From Chloroflexota bacterium (GTDB lineage: Bacteria > Chloroflexota > Dormibacteria > Dormibacterales > Dormibacteraceae), in the NCBI GenBank assembly GCA_005889085.1, contig VBDS01000012.1, positions 1 to 47,229 on the forward strand: a DNA stretch of 47,229 nucleotides. The letters are read 5' to 3'. Below the pieces are notes generated by a model. It was not told where the DNA came from, did no database searches, and worked only from the letters and a program-made list of their open reading frames with translations. This document shows, piece by piece, positions 16,872 through 26,474 of the stretch (positions are counted from its first letter, which is position 1; each line of letters starts with the position of its first letter). The position numbers were made by a program, and so were the translations under genes.

Positions 16872-17905
16872 CATCCCGGCTGATGTTTCGCGTGCTCGGG
16901 GCGCTCGTCGCCTTCGCCCTGCTCGCGCGGATCCCGGTTGGTTTCGACGTCGGCTTCAAGTTCGACGCCGCGCTCGCCGTGATCTGGGCGTTCGGCCTGC
17001 TGAGCCTGGTCCTCCTGACCGGCTACGTCGGCCAGATCTCGCTGTGCCAGGCGACGTTCGCCGGGGTCGGCGCGTACACCGCCGGGATGATGGTCTCGAG
17101 CGTCCACGTCGATTACCTGGTGGCCGTGATTGCCGGCGTCGTGGTGGCGTTTGCGCTGGGCGTGATCGTCGGTCTGCCGGCGCTGCGCCTGCGCGGGATC
17201 ACGCTGGCGATCGTGACCCTTGGCATTGCACTGGTCTTCGACCGCTACATCTTTCAGGACCACGCCTTTGAGTGGTTCACCGGCGGGACAGGTGGCTGGC
17301 GCGTCGGCCAGGCCACCATGTTCGGCCTCCGGATGGATTCGTCCACGCACCTGATGGCCGCGTACCTCGTCCTGCTCGCGCTCTTCTGCCTCGTCGCGCT
17401 CCTCCTGGTCAACCTGCACGAGTCCGGCGCCGGTCGAAGGTTCCGCGCCATCCGCGACTCCGAGCTCGCCGCGGCGACGATGGGCGTGAACCTGACGCGG
17501 TACAAGCTCCTCGCGTTCGGCATGTCGGCCGCAATCGCGGGCATGGGCGGCTCGTTCTACCCGCTCGTCGCCGGGTCTGTGAGCCCGCAGCCGTTCTGGC
17601 TCTTCACCTCGCTGCAGTTCGCGGCGATTGCAGTCCTGATGGGCGTTCGCTACGTCCCGGCCGCCGCGCTCGGTGGAGCGTTCATGGCGTTCGTGCCCGA
17701 CGTCCTCACGCGCTACGGGCACGGCACCTTCATGGGGCACGCTTACGAGATCTCGTATGACTGGTTTCAGATCGCAGTCGGCGTGCTGCTCATCGTCCAG
17801 CTCATCGCGCTACCCGACGGCGTGTGGGGCGACCTGCGGAGTCGGGTTCGGCACGCGCGGTCTGCCGCCGGTGCCGTCGGCGGCCGCAGGGTGAAAGTCG
17901 CATGA
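16868..17905 (+). CDS. livM: Branched-chain amino acid ABC permease (LivM family)
   Basis: ATG 16868 overlaps the livH stop (ATGA). LLTGYVGQISLCQATFAGVGAYT...GRRFRAIRDSELAA. Confidence 0.9.
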   Translation: MTSRLMFRVLGALVAFALLARIPVGFDVGFKFDAALAVIWAFGLLSLVLLTGYVGQISLCQATFAGVGAYTAGMMVSSVHVDYLVAVIAGVVVAFALGVIVGLPALRLRGITLAIVTLGIALVFDRYIFQDHAFEWFTGGTGGWRVGQATMFGLRMDSSTHLMAAYLVLLALFCLVALLLVNLHESGAGRRFRAIRDSELAAATMGVNLTRYKLLAFGMSAAIAGMGGSFYPLVAGSVSPQPFWLFTSLQFAAIAVLMGVRYVPAAALGGAFMAFVPDVLTRYGHGTFMGHAYEISYDWFQIAVGVLLIVQLIALPDGVWGDLRSRVRHARSAAGAVGGRRVKVA

Positions 17906-19602
17906 CGATGCTCCGCGTGCGCGACCTGACCGTGCGGTTTGGCGGCATCGTCGCTCTCGATCGCGTGTCGCTGGACCTGAACCGCGGCGAGATCCTCGGC
18001 CTCATCGGGCCCAACGGCGCGGGCAAGACCACGCTTTTCAACTGCATCTCCGGCGTCGTCCGGCCGGACACAGGGTCGATCTATTTCGACAACCACTCGC
18101 TGACTTACGCGCCGGTGCACGAACGCGCGCGGCTCGGCGTCGCTCGCACTTTTCAAAACCTGCAGCTGTGGGGCTCGATGACCGTGGAGGAGAACCTGAT
18201 CGTGCCGATGGACGCGCTGGGCAGGCGCAACACGTTCAGCGACGCGCTCTACCTTCCGTTCTCGGGTTACGCGGAGCGTGCGTCGCGAGCGCGCGCGCGG
18301 GCGATCCTGCACGTGCTCGACCTCGACCCCTACGCGCGGACCCTCGCCGGCGATCTGCCGGCCGGCATCCAGCGCCGCGTCGAGCTCGCCCGCGCCCTCG
18401 CGATGCGGCCGCGGCTGGTCCTCCTTGACGAGCCTGCGGCTGGACTCGACGCTCAGGAGACCGCGCATCTCGCCGAGGTGCTGCACGCAGTGCGGCAGAG
18501 GTTCCACGTTTCGATGTTGCTTGTCGACCACGACATGAGCCTTGTCATGCGCGTCTGCGACTACGTCTACGTTCTCGACTTCGGCAAGATGCTCGCCAAG
18601 GGCGAGCCGTCAGCGATCCGCAACGACCCCAAGGTCATCGCCGCGTACCTCGGCGAGGAGTCTAAGAAGCTGCCGGGCGATATCCAGACGATCGCTGCGG
18701 CGAAGAAGGACGAGCGACCGCTGCTCGAGGTGAGTAAGGTGGCCGCGGGCTACGGCGGCCTCGAGGTCATCCGCGACATCAATCTAACTGTGCGTCCCGG
18801 CGAGGTTGTCGCGTGCATCGGCGCCAACGGGGCCGGCAAGACCACGACGCTGCGCGCCATCTCCGGAATGATCCATCCCCGCGCCGGCCGCGTGATGTTC
18901 GCGGGCAAGGACGTGACCGGGAGCACCGCGGAGCGCATCTCCAAGCTGGGCCTTATTCACATCCCCGAAGGCCGCGGCCTGTTCCCGAACCTGTCGGTGG
19001 AGGACACGCTGCGGCTCGTGTCCAACACGGCCGGCCGCGAGGTCGACATCTCGCCCGCATTCAAGCTGTTCTCCAGGCTGCGTGAGCGACGCCATCAGCT
19101 CGTCGGCACGCTGTCCGGCGGCGAGCAGCAGATGGTGGCACTGGCTCGGGCGATCCTTTCTCAGCCGCGTCTGGTGATGATCGACGAGATGTCGCAGGGC
19201 CTGGCGCCGACTGTGGTGCGACAGCTCTTCGAGATCATTCGCGTCTTTCGTGACGAGGGCATCGCGGTTCTGCTCGTCGAGCAGTTCGTCGAATCCGCTC
19301 TCGACGTGGCGGACCGCGCATATGTGTTCGAGCACGGCACGATCGGCCTCAGCGGGCCGGCGGTCGAGCTGCGGAGCGACCGCAAGCTGGTGGCCGGCTC
19401 GTACCTCGGCTCGGCTGTGGACGCGGCTGCGATCGCGTCGGGCAACGGCAACGGACACCACGCCGACCCGGCGCTGATGGAGATCGTGTCGGTGCGCGTT
19501 CCGGCCAAGGTCAAACGCGCGTTGGAGCAGCGCGCGGAGACAGAGAACCGTCCGGCCGGCGCAGTCGTGGTCGAACTCCTGGAAAAGGTGGACGATCAAT
19601 GA
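17902..19602 (+). CDS. Fused LivG-LivF ABC ATPase (two nucleotide-binding domains in one ORF) with a C-terminal ribbon-helix-helix-like extension
   Basis: ATGA overlap with livM. NBD1: GPNGAGKTT, LPAGIQRR, LLDEPAAGL, ending at VIAAYLGEE. NBD2 follows a roughly 20-aa linker: GANGAGKTT, LSGGEQQ, MIDEMSQGL, ending at VAGSYLGS. Then comes a linker and MEIVSVRVPAKVKRALEQRAETENRPAGAVVVELLEKV (19477-19599). Confidence 0.85.
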   Translation: MTMLRVRDLTVRFGGIVALDRVSLDLNRGEILGLIGPNGAGKTTLFNCISGVVRPDTGSIYFDNHSLTYAPVHERARLGVARTFQNLQLWGSMTVEENLIVPMDALGRRNTFSDALYLPFSGYAERASRARARAILHVLDLDPYARTLAGDLPAGIQRRVELARALAMRPRLVLLDEPAAGLDAQETAHLAEVLHAVRQRFHVSMLLVDHDMSLVMRVCDYVYVLDFGKMLAKGEPSAIRNDPKVIAAYLGEESKKLPGDIQTIAAAKKDERPLLEVSKVAAGYGGLEVIRDINLTVRPGEVVACIGANGAGKTTTLRAISGMIHPRAGRVMFAGKDVTGSTAERISKLGLIHIPEGRGLFPNLSVEDTLRLVSNTAGREVDISPAFKLFSRLRERRHQLVGTLSGGEQQMVALARAILSQPRLVMIDEMSQGLAPTVVRQLFEIIRVFRDEGIAVLLVEQFVESALDVADRAYVFEHGTIGLSGPAVELRSDRKLVAGSYLGSAVDAAAIASGNGNGHHADPALMEIVSVRVPAKVKRALEQRAETENRPAGAVVVELLEKVDDQ

Positions 19603-20993
19603 GAAGGCTCTTCATCGCATTGAACTGCCTGGTGCTGGCGGTCGCATCGGTCGTGCTGGTGCCGGCGTTTGTGCTCGCCGACACTCCGTCGAGCTACACC
19701 AGCTACGGCTACGCCGCCGGCGTGCACGCGATAGGCGGCAGCGACGCGTTCCCGAACTTCCAGAACGGCGCGGTCAACAACCGCTATCCGATGGCGGAGG
19801 TGCAGCAGGATGCAAGCCCGTCGTCGACGGCGGTCGCCACGTATTCCGACACGGGTCCGGCCGCGGCTACAGCGGGATCGCAGTACAACCAGGGCTGCAG
19901 CAACTCGGGCAGCTCGCCGCCTCCGCCGCAGGTCTGCCAGAACCCGAACAACCAGGTCCCTTACGCCAAGGCGACGTATCCCGGCCCGTCGCATGGTCAC
20001 ATCGACCAGTGCAACGGCTGCGACGGCGGACCCCGGGCTGACGCCGACGCGGCGCAGCTCAGCTCGAGCGCGTCTGCTTATGACGCGGGCGGCGGCACGC
20101 AGCCGTTCAACGGCGCGTGGGGCCAGACTCACACGGTGATCGACTCCGGTGGAACCCTCACCGTGATCACGCACTCGGAGGTCGACAGCTTCACCGTCGG
20201 GACGGTCAAGGTGAGCAAGGTAGTCGTCGACGTCACCGCCAGCGGCACGCTATCGGGCGCGGGCGGCGACGCGCACGTGCAGGGCGGCCAGGTCACGGCC
20301 AACGGCCAGCCTGTCAACGTCACGGACCAGGGTGTCACGGTCACCGACCAGCACTCAGTTCCGTGCCCCTCGGGCCCGAAACCTCCTCCGATCAACCCGC
20401 CGGCGGCGCCTGCCCCGCCTCCCCCGCCGGCCAACCCGCTGCCCCCGCTGCCGATCGGCGGCGGCTCCGGGGGATCGAGCGGGGGCTCGAGCGGAGCCTC
20501 TTCGGGCGGCTCCACCACGACAGGCGGATGCGTCCCGGCCGTGGACGTGACCTACGTCAAGCTCTGGACGGTGGCGCCGACGAAAACTGTCGATGGCAGC
20601 CATGTCACGATCTGGGCGAGCGGGCTCCATGTGATGGTCACCCATCCATCGCCCGGCCCCGGTGTGCCGACGCAGAGCGCGGAGTACATCCTGGGTGAAG
20701 GATTCGCGGACCTCCAGGTCGGATCCGCAGGAGCGGCTTTCGGCTTCGGCGGGTTTGGCGGTTTCGGTGGCGGCTTCGGCGGGGGCGATTTCGGCGGCTT
20801 TGGTGACACGAGCGGCATCAACGGCTCGGGGTCGCCGGCGGCCCAGCTGGGCACCGCGCTCGCGGCCAACCGGATCCCGCTCGCCTTCATGTTCCTGACC
20901 CTCGAGGCGCTGCTGCTGGCTTCAGCGGCGGCGTGGATCTGGGCCCGCAACGCGCCCGCGGACAGGGTGCCGGACGAGGTTCTGTCGCCTTGA
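19599..20993 (+). CDS. Secreted, C-terminally anchored protein of unknown function (signal peptide, Pro-rich and Gly/Ser-rich linkers, FG/GG repeat, TM)
   Basis: ATGA overlap with livGF. N-terminal MRRLFIALNCLVLAVASVVLVPAFVLA. Internal PPPINPPAAPAPPPPPANPLPPLP, GGGSGGSSGGSSGASSGG and FGFGGFGGFGGGFGGGDFGGFG. Terminal helix IPLAFMFLTLEALLLASAAAWIW. Confidence 0.6.
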   Translation: MRRLFIALNCLVLAVASVVLVPAFVLADTPSSYTSYGYAAGVHAIGGSDAFPNFQNGAVNNRYPMAEVQQDASPSSTAVATYSDTGPAAATAGSQYNQGCSNSGSSPPPPQVCQNPNNQVPYAKATYPGPSHGHIDQCNGCDGGPRADADAAQLSSSASAYDAGGGTQPFNGAWGQTHTVIDSGGTLTVITHSEVDSFTVGTVKVSKVVVDVTASGTLSGAGGDAHVQGGQVTANGQPVNVTDQGVTVTDQHSVPCPSGPKPPPINPPAAPAPPPPPANPLPPLPIGGGSGGSSGGSSGASSGGSTTTGGCVPAVDVTYVKLWTVAPTKTVDGSHVTIWASGLHVMVTHPSPGPGVPTQSAEYILGEGFADLQVGSAGAAFGFGGFGGFGGGFGGGDFGGFGDTSGINGSGSPAAQLGTALAANRIPLAFMFLTLEALLLASAAAWIWARNAPADRVPDEVLSP

Positions 20994-21325
20994 TCGCGAG
21001 GCTCCGACTCCCGAGCGTGAAGCAAGCCCAGCGCCGGCCCACGCGCGCCTACTGCGAGGCGGACCGCTGGAGCTTCGACCCTCGCTACACGCAGGGTCGG
21101 TGTCCGATCTGCGGCTGGGCGCCGGAGGGGGCCCCCAGGGCGCCGAGGTGGCTCGCGCTGGCCAACCGTGTGGACTGGGACATCGTCGGCCTTCTCCTCC
21201 TGACCGATGTCCTGGTCCTGGTCGGCCTGATCGTCGCCAATGCGACCGGACTCCTGCCCACCGGCCACGGCACCATCGGCATGCCCTCTTCACCCGGCGT
21301 GGCGAGCGGAGCACGACTCCACTGA
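20990..21325 (+). CDS. Small Cys-motif membrane protein, hypothetical (111 aa)
   Basis: TTG 20990 overlaps the upstream stop (TTGA). YCEADRW...GRCPICGW, then the TM helix VDWDIVGLLLLTDVLVLVGLIV. Confidence 0.5.
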   Translation: MIARLRLPSVKQAQRRPTRAYCEADRWSFDPRYTQGRCPICGWAPEGAPRAPRWLALANRVDWDIVGLLLLTDVLVLVGLIVANATGLLPTGHGTIGMPSSPGVASGARLH

Positions 21326-21330
21326 TGGGC

Positions 21331-22017
21331 TCAGGAGACTGAGGTCGCCACCAACCTGTAGCGGTGCTCCGGGCGGCCGGGCCCGCCATAGCGCATCGTC
21401 AGCTCGACGCGACCGAGCTGGCACAGGTGGTCGAGGTACCTCCGCGCTGTGACCCTGCTCACTCCCGCCTCGTCCGCGACCAGCGCGGCCGGCAACCCCG
21501 ACCGGGACCGGCCAAGCGCCTGGACGATGAGTTCGAGCGTGGCGTCGGAAAGGCCCTTGGGCAGTGCCTCGGTCCGCGCCGTGCGGAGAGTGCCGAAGAT
21601 GCGGTCGACGTCGCCCTGCTCCGCGCGGCCGATGCGAGTCATTCGCTCGCGCGCCGCCGCGTAGGAGAGCAGCTTCTCCTCAAACGTCGGAAACAGAAAC
21701 GGCTTGATCAGGTAGTGCACGACGCCGCCGCGCATCGCCGCGCGCAGGCTCTCCACGTCGCGCGCGGCCGTGATCGCGATCACGTCAACCGGCGCCATCC
21801 CCTCATCGCGCAACCGCTGCAGCACATCGAGTCCTGAGATGTCGGGCAGATAGATATCGAGCAGGACGAGGTCCGGCTCGAGCTGGTCGACCTTTTCCAG
21901 CGCCTCTGTGCCTGAGTGCGCGCGACCCACGACCTGGAAGCCGGACACTCGATCGACGTAGGCGCAGTGCAGGTCGGCGACCCGGAAGTCGTCGTCGACG
22001 ACGAGGGTGCGAATCAC
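21331..22017 (-). CDS. CitB/DcuR-type response regulator
   Basis: Receiver domain: LVVDDD...DLVLLDIYLPD...YLIKPF. C-terminal HTH: VSRVTARRYLDHL. Confidence 0.9.
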   Translation of the reverse strand: MIRTLVVDDDFRVADLHCAYVDRVSGFQVVGRAHSGTEALEKVDQLEPDLVLLDIYLPDISGLDVLQRLRDEGMAPVDVIAITAARDVESLRAAMRGGVVHYLIKPFLFPTFEEKLLSYAAARERMTRIGRAEQGDVDRIFGTLRTARTEALPKGLSDATLELIVQALGRSRSGLPAALVADEAGVSRVTARRYLDHLCQLGRVELTMRYGGPGRPEHRYRLVATSVS

Positions 22018-23702
22018 GTTGCCGCCCCGACCTTCGTCGGCAGGCGGACCGTGAACAGCGCGCCGCCTTCGTTCACGACGCTTACGTCACCGCCGTTGCG
22101 GCGGGCAACCTGCCGCACGAGGGCAAGCCCGAAGCCGCGCCGTTTTCGGTTCTGACCGTTCTTGGTGCTGAAGCCCTCCTGGAAGATCTGGCCGTCGATG
22201 CCTTCCGGCACGCCCGCACCGGAGTCGTGGACCTTGAACACGAGCTCATCGCGCTGTTCCGTCACTGAAACGCTCACCCACCGATCGCTCGATAACGCGG
22301 CCGCGTCGAGAGCGTTGTCGATCAGGTTGCCGAGCAGCGTGATCAGGTCCTCACTATCCACCTTGCTGCGCGTCATGACGGTGTCGTCGCTGACGCGAAG
22401 CTCGATGCCGCGTTCCGACGCGACCGCGGCTTTCGCCAGCAGCAATGCGCCCAGAACCGGATCGCCGACGCGCTCCATCAGCGACTCCGTGAGCTCCTGG
22501 TGCAGGCCGGACGTCTGGGCGATCAGCTTCATCGCCTCCTCGGCGCGTCCCACCTGCATCAGGCCCGCGATGGTGTGGAGCCGGTTCGCGAACTCGTGGG
22601 CCTGCGCGCGCAGCGCGTCGGTCAGGCTCTCGACACCGAGGCCGCGGGCAAGGCCGGTCAGCTCGGTCGTGTCGCGAAGGGTCGCCACGTGGCCGATCGT
22701 CTGGCCGCGCACGACGATCGCGCGCCGGCTGGCCACCAGCACACGCTCGCCCGCAAGCAAAACCTCGTCCTCATCTTTCAGCCCCCCTGACAGGAACTTC
22801 AACAGCCGACCCTGGGGCAGGACCTGGGCGACCTTCCGCCCGACGCAGTCCGGCGGGAGCGAAAGGAGGCGCCGCGCCTCGTCGTTCGCCAGCGTGATGG
22901 TACCGTCCCGATCCGTGGCGACTGCTCCTTCGTGGATGCCCTGGAGGCTCGCCTCGCGTTCTTCGAGCAGGCCCGCGATCTCGTAGGGCTCGAGGCCGAA
23001 CGTCTGGCGCTTCAAGCGTGATGCGAGCAGCCACGAAGCGATGACGCCGATCGCGAGCGACGGAAGCAAAGTGGTCCCAAAGCCCGGCAGCTCGCTGAGC
23101 AAGCGCTGGTCAAGCGGCGGCTCGAGAAATCCAACTGACACCATGCCGATGACCTTGCCGTTGGCGAAGATCGGCGCCTTGCCGCGCGCGGAAACGCCGA
23201 GCGTGCCTCGCTGCACGCCGACCCAGGGCTGGCCCGCCAGGACCGAAGCCGGGTTCTCGTCCACGGGCTGGCCGATGAGCGCCGGGTTCGGGTGGGAGTA
23301 TCGAATTCCCGCGGAGTCGGTGACGACGACGTAGCTCGCGCCGGTGGAGTGGCGGATCCTCTCCGCAGTCTGCTGGATCACCGCGTCAGGATCGCCGTTG
23401 AGGAGCCCCTGCTGGATCGACGCGTTCTCAGCGACCGACTCGGCGATCGCCAGCGAGCGTTGCTCCGACTGGCGGTCCAGCTCCTGACTCGCCTGCCAGA
23501 CGGCGGCCGCGGCGCCGATCAAGGCCGACACCAGGATGATCGCGACCTGGAAGCCCAGGATCTGGTAGGCGAGTGGCAGACGGGTCTTCAAGGCTTGGTC
23601 TACCGATCCTAGTACGGACCGCACGAATCCGCCGGCGACCAAAACGACCAAAACGGCCATAACGACCGCATGACTTGAACGAGGCCGGTCTGGCCCGCAC
23701 AT
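22014..23702 (-). CDS. CitA/DcuS-type sensor histidine kinase
   Basis: Two TM segments flank a periplasmic sensor domain, followed by PAS (GIHEGAVATDRDGTITLAN), the H-box (AQAHEFANRLHTIAGL) and an ATPase domain (GNLIDNALDA...DSGAGV...GFGLALV). The true start may be Met15 (23660). Confidence 0.9.
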   Translation of the reverse strand: MCGPDRPRSSHAVVMAVLVVLVAGGFVRSVLGSVDQALKTRLPLAYQILGFQVAIILVSALIGAAAAVWQASQELDRQSEQRSLAIAESVAENASIQQGLLNGDPDAVIQQTAERIRHSTGASYVVVTDSAGIRYSHPNPALIGQPVDENPASVLAGQPWVGVQRGTLGVSARGKAPIFANGKVIGMVSVGFLEPPLDQRLLSELPGFGTTLLPSLAIGVIASWLLASRLKRQTFGLEPYEIAGLLEEREASLQGIHEGAVATDRDGTITLANDEARRLLSLPPDCVGRKVAQVLPQGRLLKFLSGGLKDEDEVLLAGERVLVASRRAIVVRGQTIGHVATLRDTTELTGLARGLGVESLTDALRAQAHEFANRLHTIAGLMQVGRAEEAMKLIAQTSGLHQELTESLMERVGDPVLGALLLAKAAVASERGIELRVSDDTVMTRSKVDSEDLITLLGNLIDNALDAAALSSDRWVSVSVTEQRDELVFKVHDSGAGVPEGIDGQIFQEGFSTKNGQNRKRRGFGLALVRQVARRNGGDVSVVNEGGALFTVRLPTKVGAAT

Positions 23703-23714
23703 TCGCTTTGAGAG

Positions 23715-24521
23715 ATGACTCCAGCCATAGAGCTTCGCGGTGTCACCAAGCGCTTTCTCACCCCGTCTGGCGGCGTCTATACGGCCCTGCGCGACCTCAA
23801 CATGACCGTCGAGCCAGGCGAGTTCTGCGCCGTGGTCGGCCCGACGGGGTGCGGCAAGTCGACCACCCTCGCCCTGATCTCTGGCCTCGAACCCGCGAGC
23901 GAGGGCGAGGTCGATGTCTTCGGCAGCCCGGTCAAGGGGATCGCGGATGGAATCGGCTACGTCTTTCAGGCCGACGCGGTCTTTCCATGGAAGACGGTGC
24001 TCGAGAACGTCGCGGCCGGCCCACGGTATCGCGGCGTGTCCAACAGTGATGCGCGCGAGCGCGCCCTCGACTGGATCTCACGCGTCGGGCTCAGCGGCTT
24101 CGAGGATCGCTTTCCCTACCAGCTGTCGGGCGGCATGCGCAAGCGCGTGGCGCTGGCTCAGAGCCTGATCAACGGCCCGCGCATCCTGCTGATGGACGAG
24201 CCCTTCAGCGCCCTCGATGTGCAGACGCGCTCGCTGATGGAGAACGAGCTCCTCGCCCTGTGGGCCGCCAGCTCCGCCTCGGTCGTGTTCGTGACCCATG
24301 ACCTCGAGGAGGCGATCTCGCTGAGCGACCGCGTCTTCGTCATCACCGCCGGGCCGGGCACGGTCAAGAGCAATTACAAGGTCGACCTGCCGCGTCCTCG
24401 CAACGTCGCTGAGATCCGCTTCCAGCCCCGCTTCGCGGAGATCTACGAGGAGATCTGGAAGGACCTGAAGGACGAGGTCCTGGTGAGCTATGAACGCCAG
24501 AAGCGCAGCGGCGCGGCTTAG
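23715..24521 (+). CDS. NitT/TauT-family ABC transporter ATP-binding protein
   Basis: GPTGCGKST, QLSGGMRKRVALAQ and LLMDEPFSALD. Confidence 0.9.
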   Translation: MTPAIELRGVTKRFLTPSGGVYTALRDLNMTVEPGEFCAVVGPTGCGKSTTLALISGLEPASEGEVDVFGSPVKGIADGIGYVFQADAVFPWKTVLENVAAGPRYRGVSNSDARERALDWISRVGLSGFEDRFPYQLSGGMRKRVALAQSLINGPRILLMDEPFSALDVQTRSLMENELLALWAASSASVVFVTHDLEEAISLSDRVFVITAGPGTVKSNYKVDLPRPRNVAEIRFQPRFAEIYEEIWKDLKDEVLVSYERQKRSGAA

Positions 24522-25389
24522 CGTCCGCATGAGCGCCAGCAGCGTGCAGGCCGAGCGGCCGGTGTCGGATCTCGCCGCAAGGCGAAAGCGCGAGGCGCAG
24601 CGCCGGCGGTTGACGGTCGCGGGCCTCCGCCTTGGGCTCGGCGTCGCGATCCTCGCCGGGTGGGAGATCACGACGCGGCTCGGCTGGGTCGACGCATTCT
24701 TCTGGTCGCAGCCGTCGGCGGTCGCCGCGAAGCTCTGGCTCTGGCTCACGCAGGGGACCGACCTGGGCCCGCTGTGGGAGCAGGTCCTGGTCACGATGGA
24801 AGAGACGGTCGGCGGTTTTGTCGTCGGCTCGATCCTGGGCGTCATCTTTGGCGTCGCGCTCGGCAGGAGCCGTCTGCTCTCGGACGTGTTGGGGCCATAC
24901 ATCAAGGGCGCCAACGCCATCCCGCGTGTGGTTGTCGGAGCTCTGTTCGCAGTCGCGCTCGGTCTCGACATCAGGTCGAAGATCGCGACCGCGGCGGTGC
25001 TGGTGTTCTTTGTCGTGTTCTTCAACGCGTTCCAGGGTGTGCGCGAGGTCGACCGCAACCTCATCGCGAACGCTCGAATTCTTGGCGCCGGCGACCGCCT
25101 GCTGACGACCGAGATCCTCATACCGTCCGCCCTCTCGTGGATCGTCGCAAGCCTGCACACGAGCTTCGGGCTCGCGCTGGTCGGCGCGGTGGTGGGAGAG
25201 CTCTTCGGGGCCACCGCCGGCCTCGGCGAGCTGATCTACGCGGCGAAGAACAACTTCGACACCGCCGGCGTTTTCGCCGGCATGGCGCTGCTCGCCGCCA
25301 TGGCGCTGGTGGCAGAGGCGTTCATCACAGCGCTCGAGAACCGCTTGATCAAGTGGCGGCCGCCGGTCGCCACGGAGACAAGGATTTGA
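24490..25389 (+). CDS. NitT/TauT-family ABC permease
   Basis: Polytopic with a BPD-transporter EAA-like loop (NAFQGVREVDRNLIANARILGA). ATG 24529 is an alternative start with no overlap. Confidence 0.85.
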   Translation: MNARSAAARLSVRMSASSVQAERPVSDLAARRKREAQRRRLTVAGLRLGLGVAILAGWEITTRLGWVDAFFWSQPSAVAAKLWLWLTQGTDLGPLWEQVLVTMEETVGGFVVGSILGVIFGVALGRSRLLSDVLGPYIKGANAIPRVVVGALFAVALGLDIRSKIATAAVLVFFVVFFNAFQGVREVDRNLIANARILGAGDRLLTTEILIPSALSWIVASLHTSFGLALVGAVVGELFGATAGLGELIYAAKNNFDTAGVFAGMALLAAMALVAEAFITALENRLIKWRPPVATETRI

Positions 25390-25403
25390 AGGAGGAACGG
25401 CGT

Positions 25404-26432
25404 ATGCGATTTGGTGGTGGCAATCGAATCTATGCAGGCATCGCGGCCCTCGTGGTGCTGGCTGCGTGCGGCAGCTCCCCTGCCCCGAGCACCGGGAGCG
25501 TTCAGACGGTTTCGCTCAAGATCATGGTCGGCGGCCTGAACAAGCAGATCTATCTGCCGAACATGCTCGCCCAGCGGCTCGGCTACTTCAAAGACCAGCA
25601 CCTCGATGTGACGCTGATCGATGAAGGTTCGGGACAGGCATCGGAAGAAGAGGTCGTCGCCGGCAACGTAGACGCAGGGTCAGGCGCCTATGTGCACCCG
25701 ATGGTGCTCAACACGCTGGGCAAGAAGATCGAGACCATCTGCCAGTTCGGCATCGCTCCCGGTGAGGCCGAGGTGGTGGACGCGTCCCTGACCAACGTCT
25801 CGTCGGCCAAGGACCTGGCAGGGAAGAACCTCGGGGTCACCGACATCGGATCGGGCACTCACGTCCTGACGCAGGCGATCCTCGGCAGCGCCGGCGTCGA
25901 CCCCACTGGCGCGCACTACGTCGCGGTCGGTGCAGGCGATACCTTCATCGCCGCCATCCAGCAGAAGAAGATCGTCGCCGGGATGACCACGTTCCCGACC
26001 ATCTCGCGCCTGGTCAACTCTGGGAAGGGCAAGATTCTTGTGAGCTTGCTCTCGCCGGCGGACACCCGAGCCGCGCTCGGCGGTGACTATCCCTTCATCG
26101 GCGTTTTCGCCAAGAACGACTGGGTCAACTCCAACAAGGACACGGCGCAGCGCCTGGTCAACGCGTACGTCAAGACGCTGAAATACATGCACTCGCACAC
26201 GGCGGACGAGATCGCGAGCCAGATGCCGACCGACTACTACGCCGGCGACAAAGCCTCATACGTGAACGACCTGAAGAGCCAGATCGCCATCTTCGGCACC
26301 GACTGCAAGATGCCCGCGGGCGGACCGGAGACCGTGCAGAAGATCCAGCAGCAGTTCGTGGCCAGCTACAAGGGCAAGTCGGCAAACCTCAGCGAGACCT
26401 ACACCAACGAGTTCGCCGGCAAGGCGAGCTGA
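25404..26432 (+). CDS. NMT1/SsuA-like ABC substrate-binding lipoprotein
   Basis: GAAGGAGG lies 7 nt upstream of ATG 25404. Lipobox LAAC. The upstream part of the listed 24660..26432 ORF is out-of-frame overlap with the permease. Confidence 0.85.
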   Translation: MRFGGGNRIYAGIAALVVLAACGSSPAPSTGSVQTVSLKIMVGGLNKQIYLPNMLAQRLGYFKDQHLDVTLIDEGSGQASEEEVVAGNVDAGSGAYVHPMVLNTLGKKIETICQFGIAPGEAEVVDASLTNVSSAKDLAGKNLGVTDIGSGTHVLTQAILGSAGVDPTGAHYVAVGAGDTFIAAIQQKKIVAGMTTFPTISRLVNSGKGKILVSLLSPADTRAALGGDYPFIGVFAKNDWVNSNKDTAQRLVNAYVKTLKYMHSHTADEIASQMPTDYYAGDKASYVNDLKSQIAIFGTDCKMPAGGPETVQKIQQQFVASYKGKSANLSETYTNEFAGKAS

Positions 26433-26451
26433 TCGATTTTTCGAATCATCG

Positions 26452-26473
26452 GGGGCCGGGGTGTCCCGGCCCC
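26452..26473. terminator. Bidirectional intrinsic terminator hairpin between convergent genes
   Basis: GGGGCCGGG-gtgt-CCCGGCCCC: a 9-bp GC stem with a 4-nt loop, followed by TTCACTTTTTC on the plus strand. Confidence 0.6.
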
Positions 26474-26474
26474 T

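Noticed and set aside
20440-20830. Short tandem-looking repeats (GGCTC/GGCGG units and GGC TTC GGC units) that could be mistaken for a repeat array.
   Set aside because: They are in frame and encode Gly/Ser and Phe/Gly low-complexity protein segments. They lack the regular repeat-spacer architecture of a CRISPR array.
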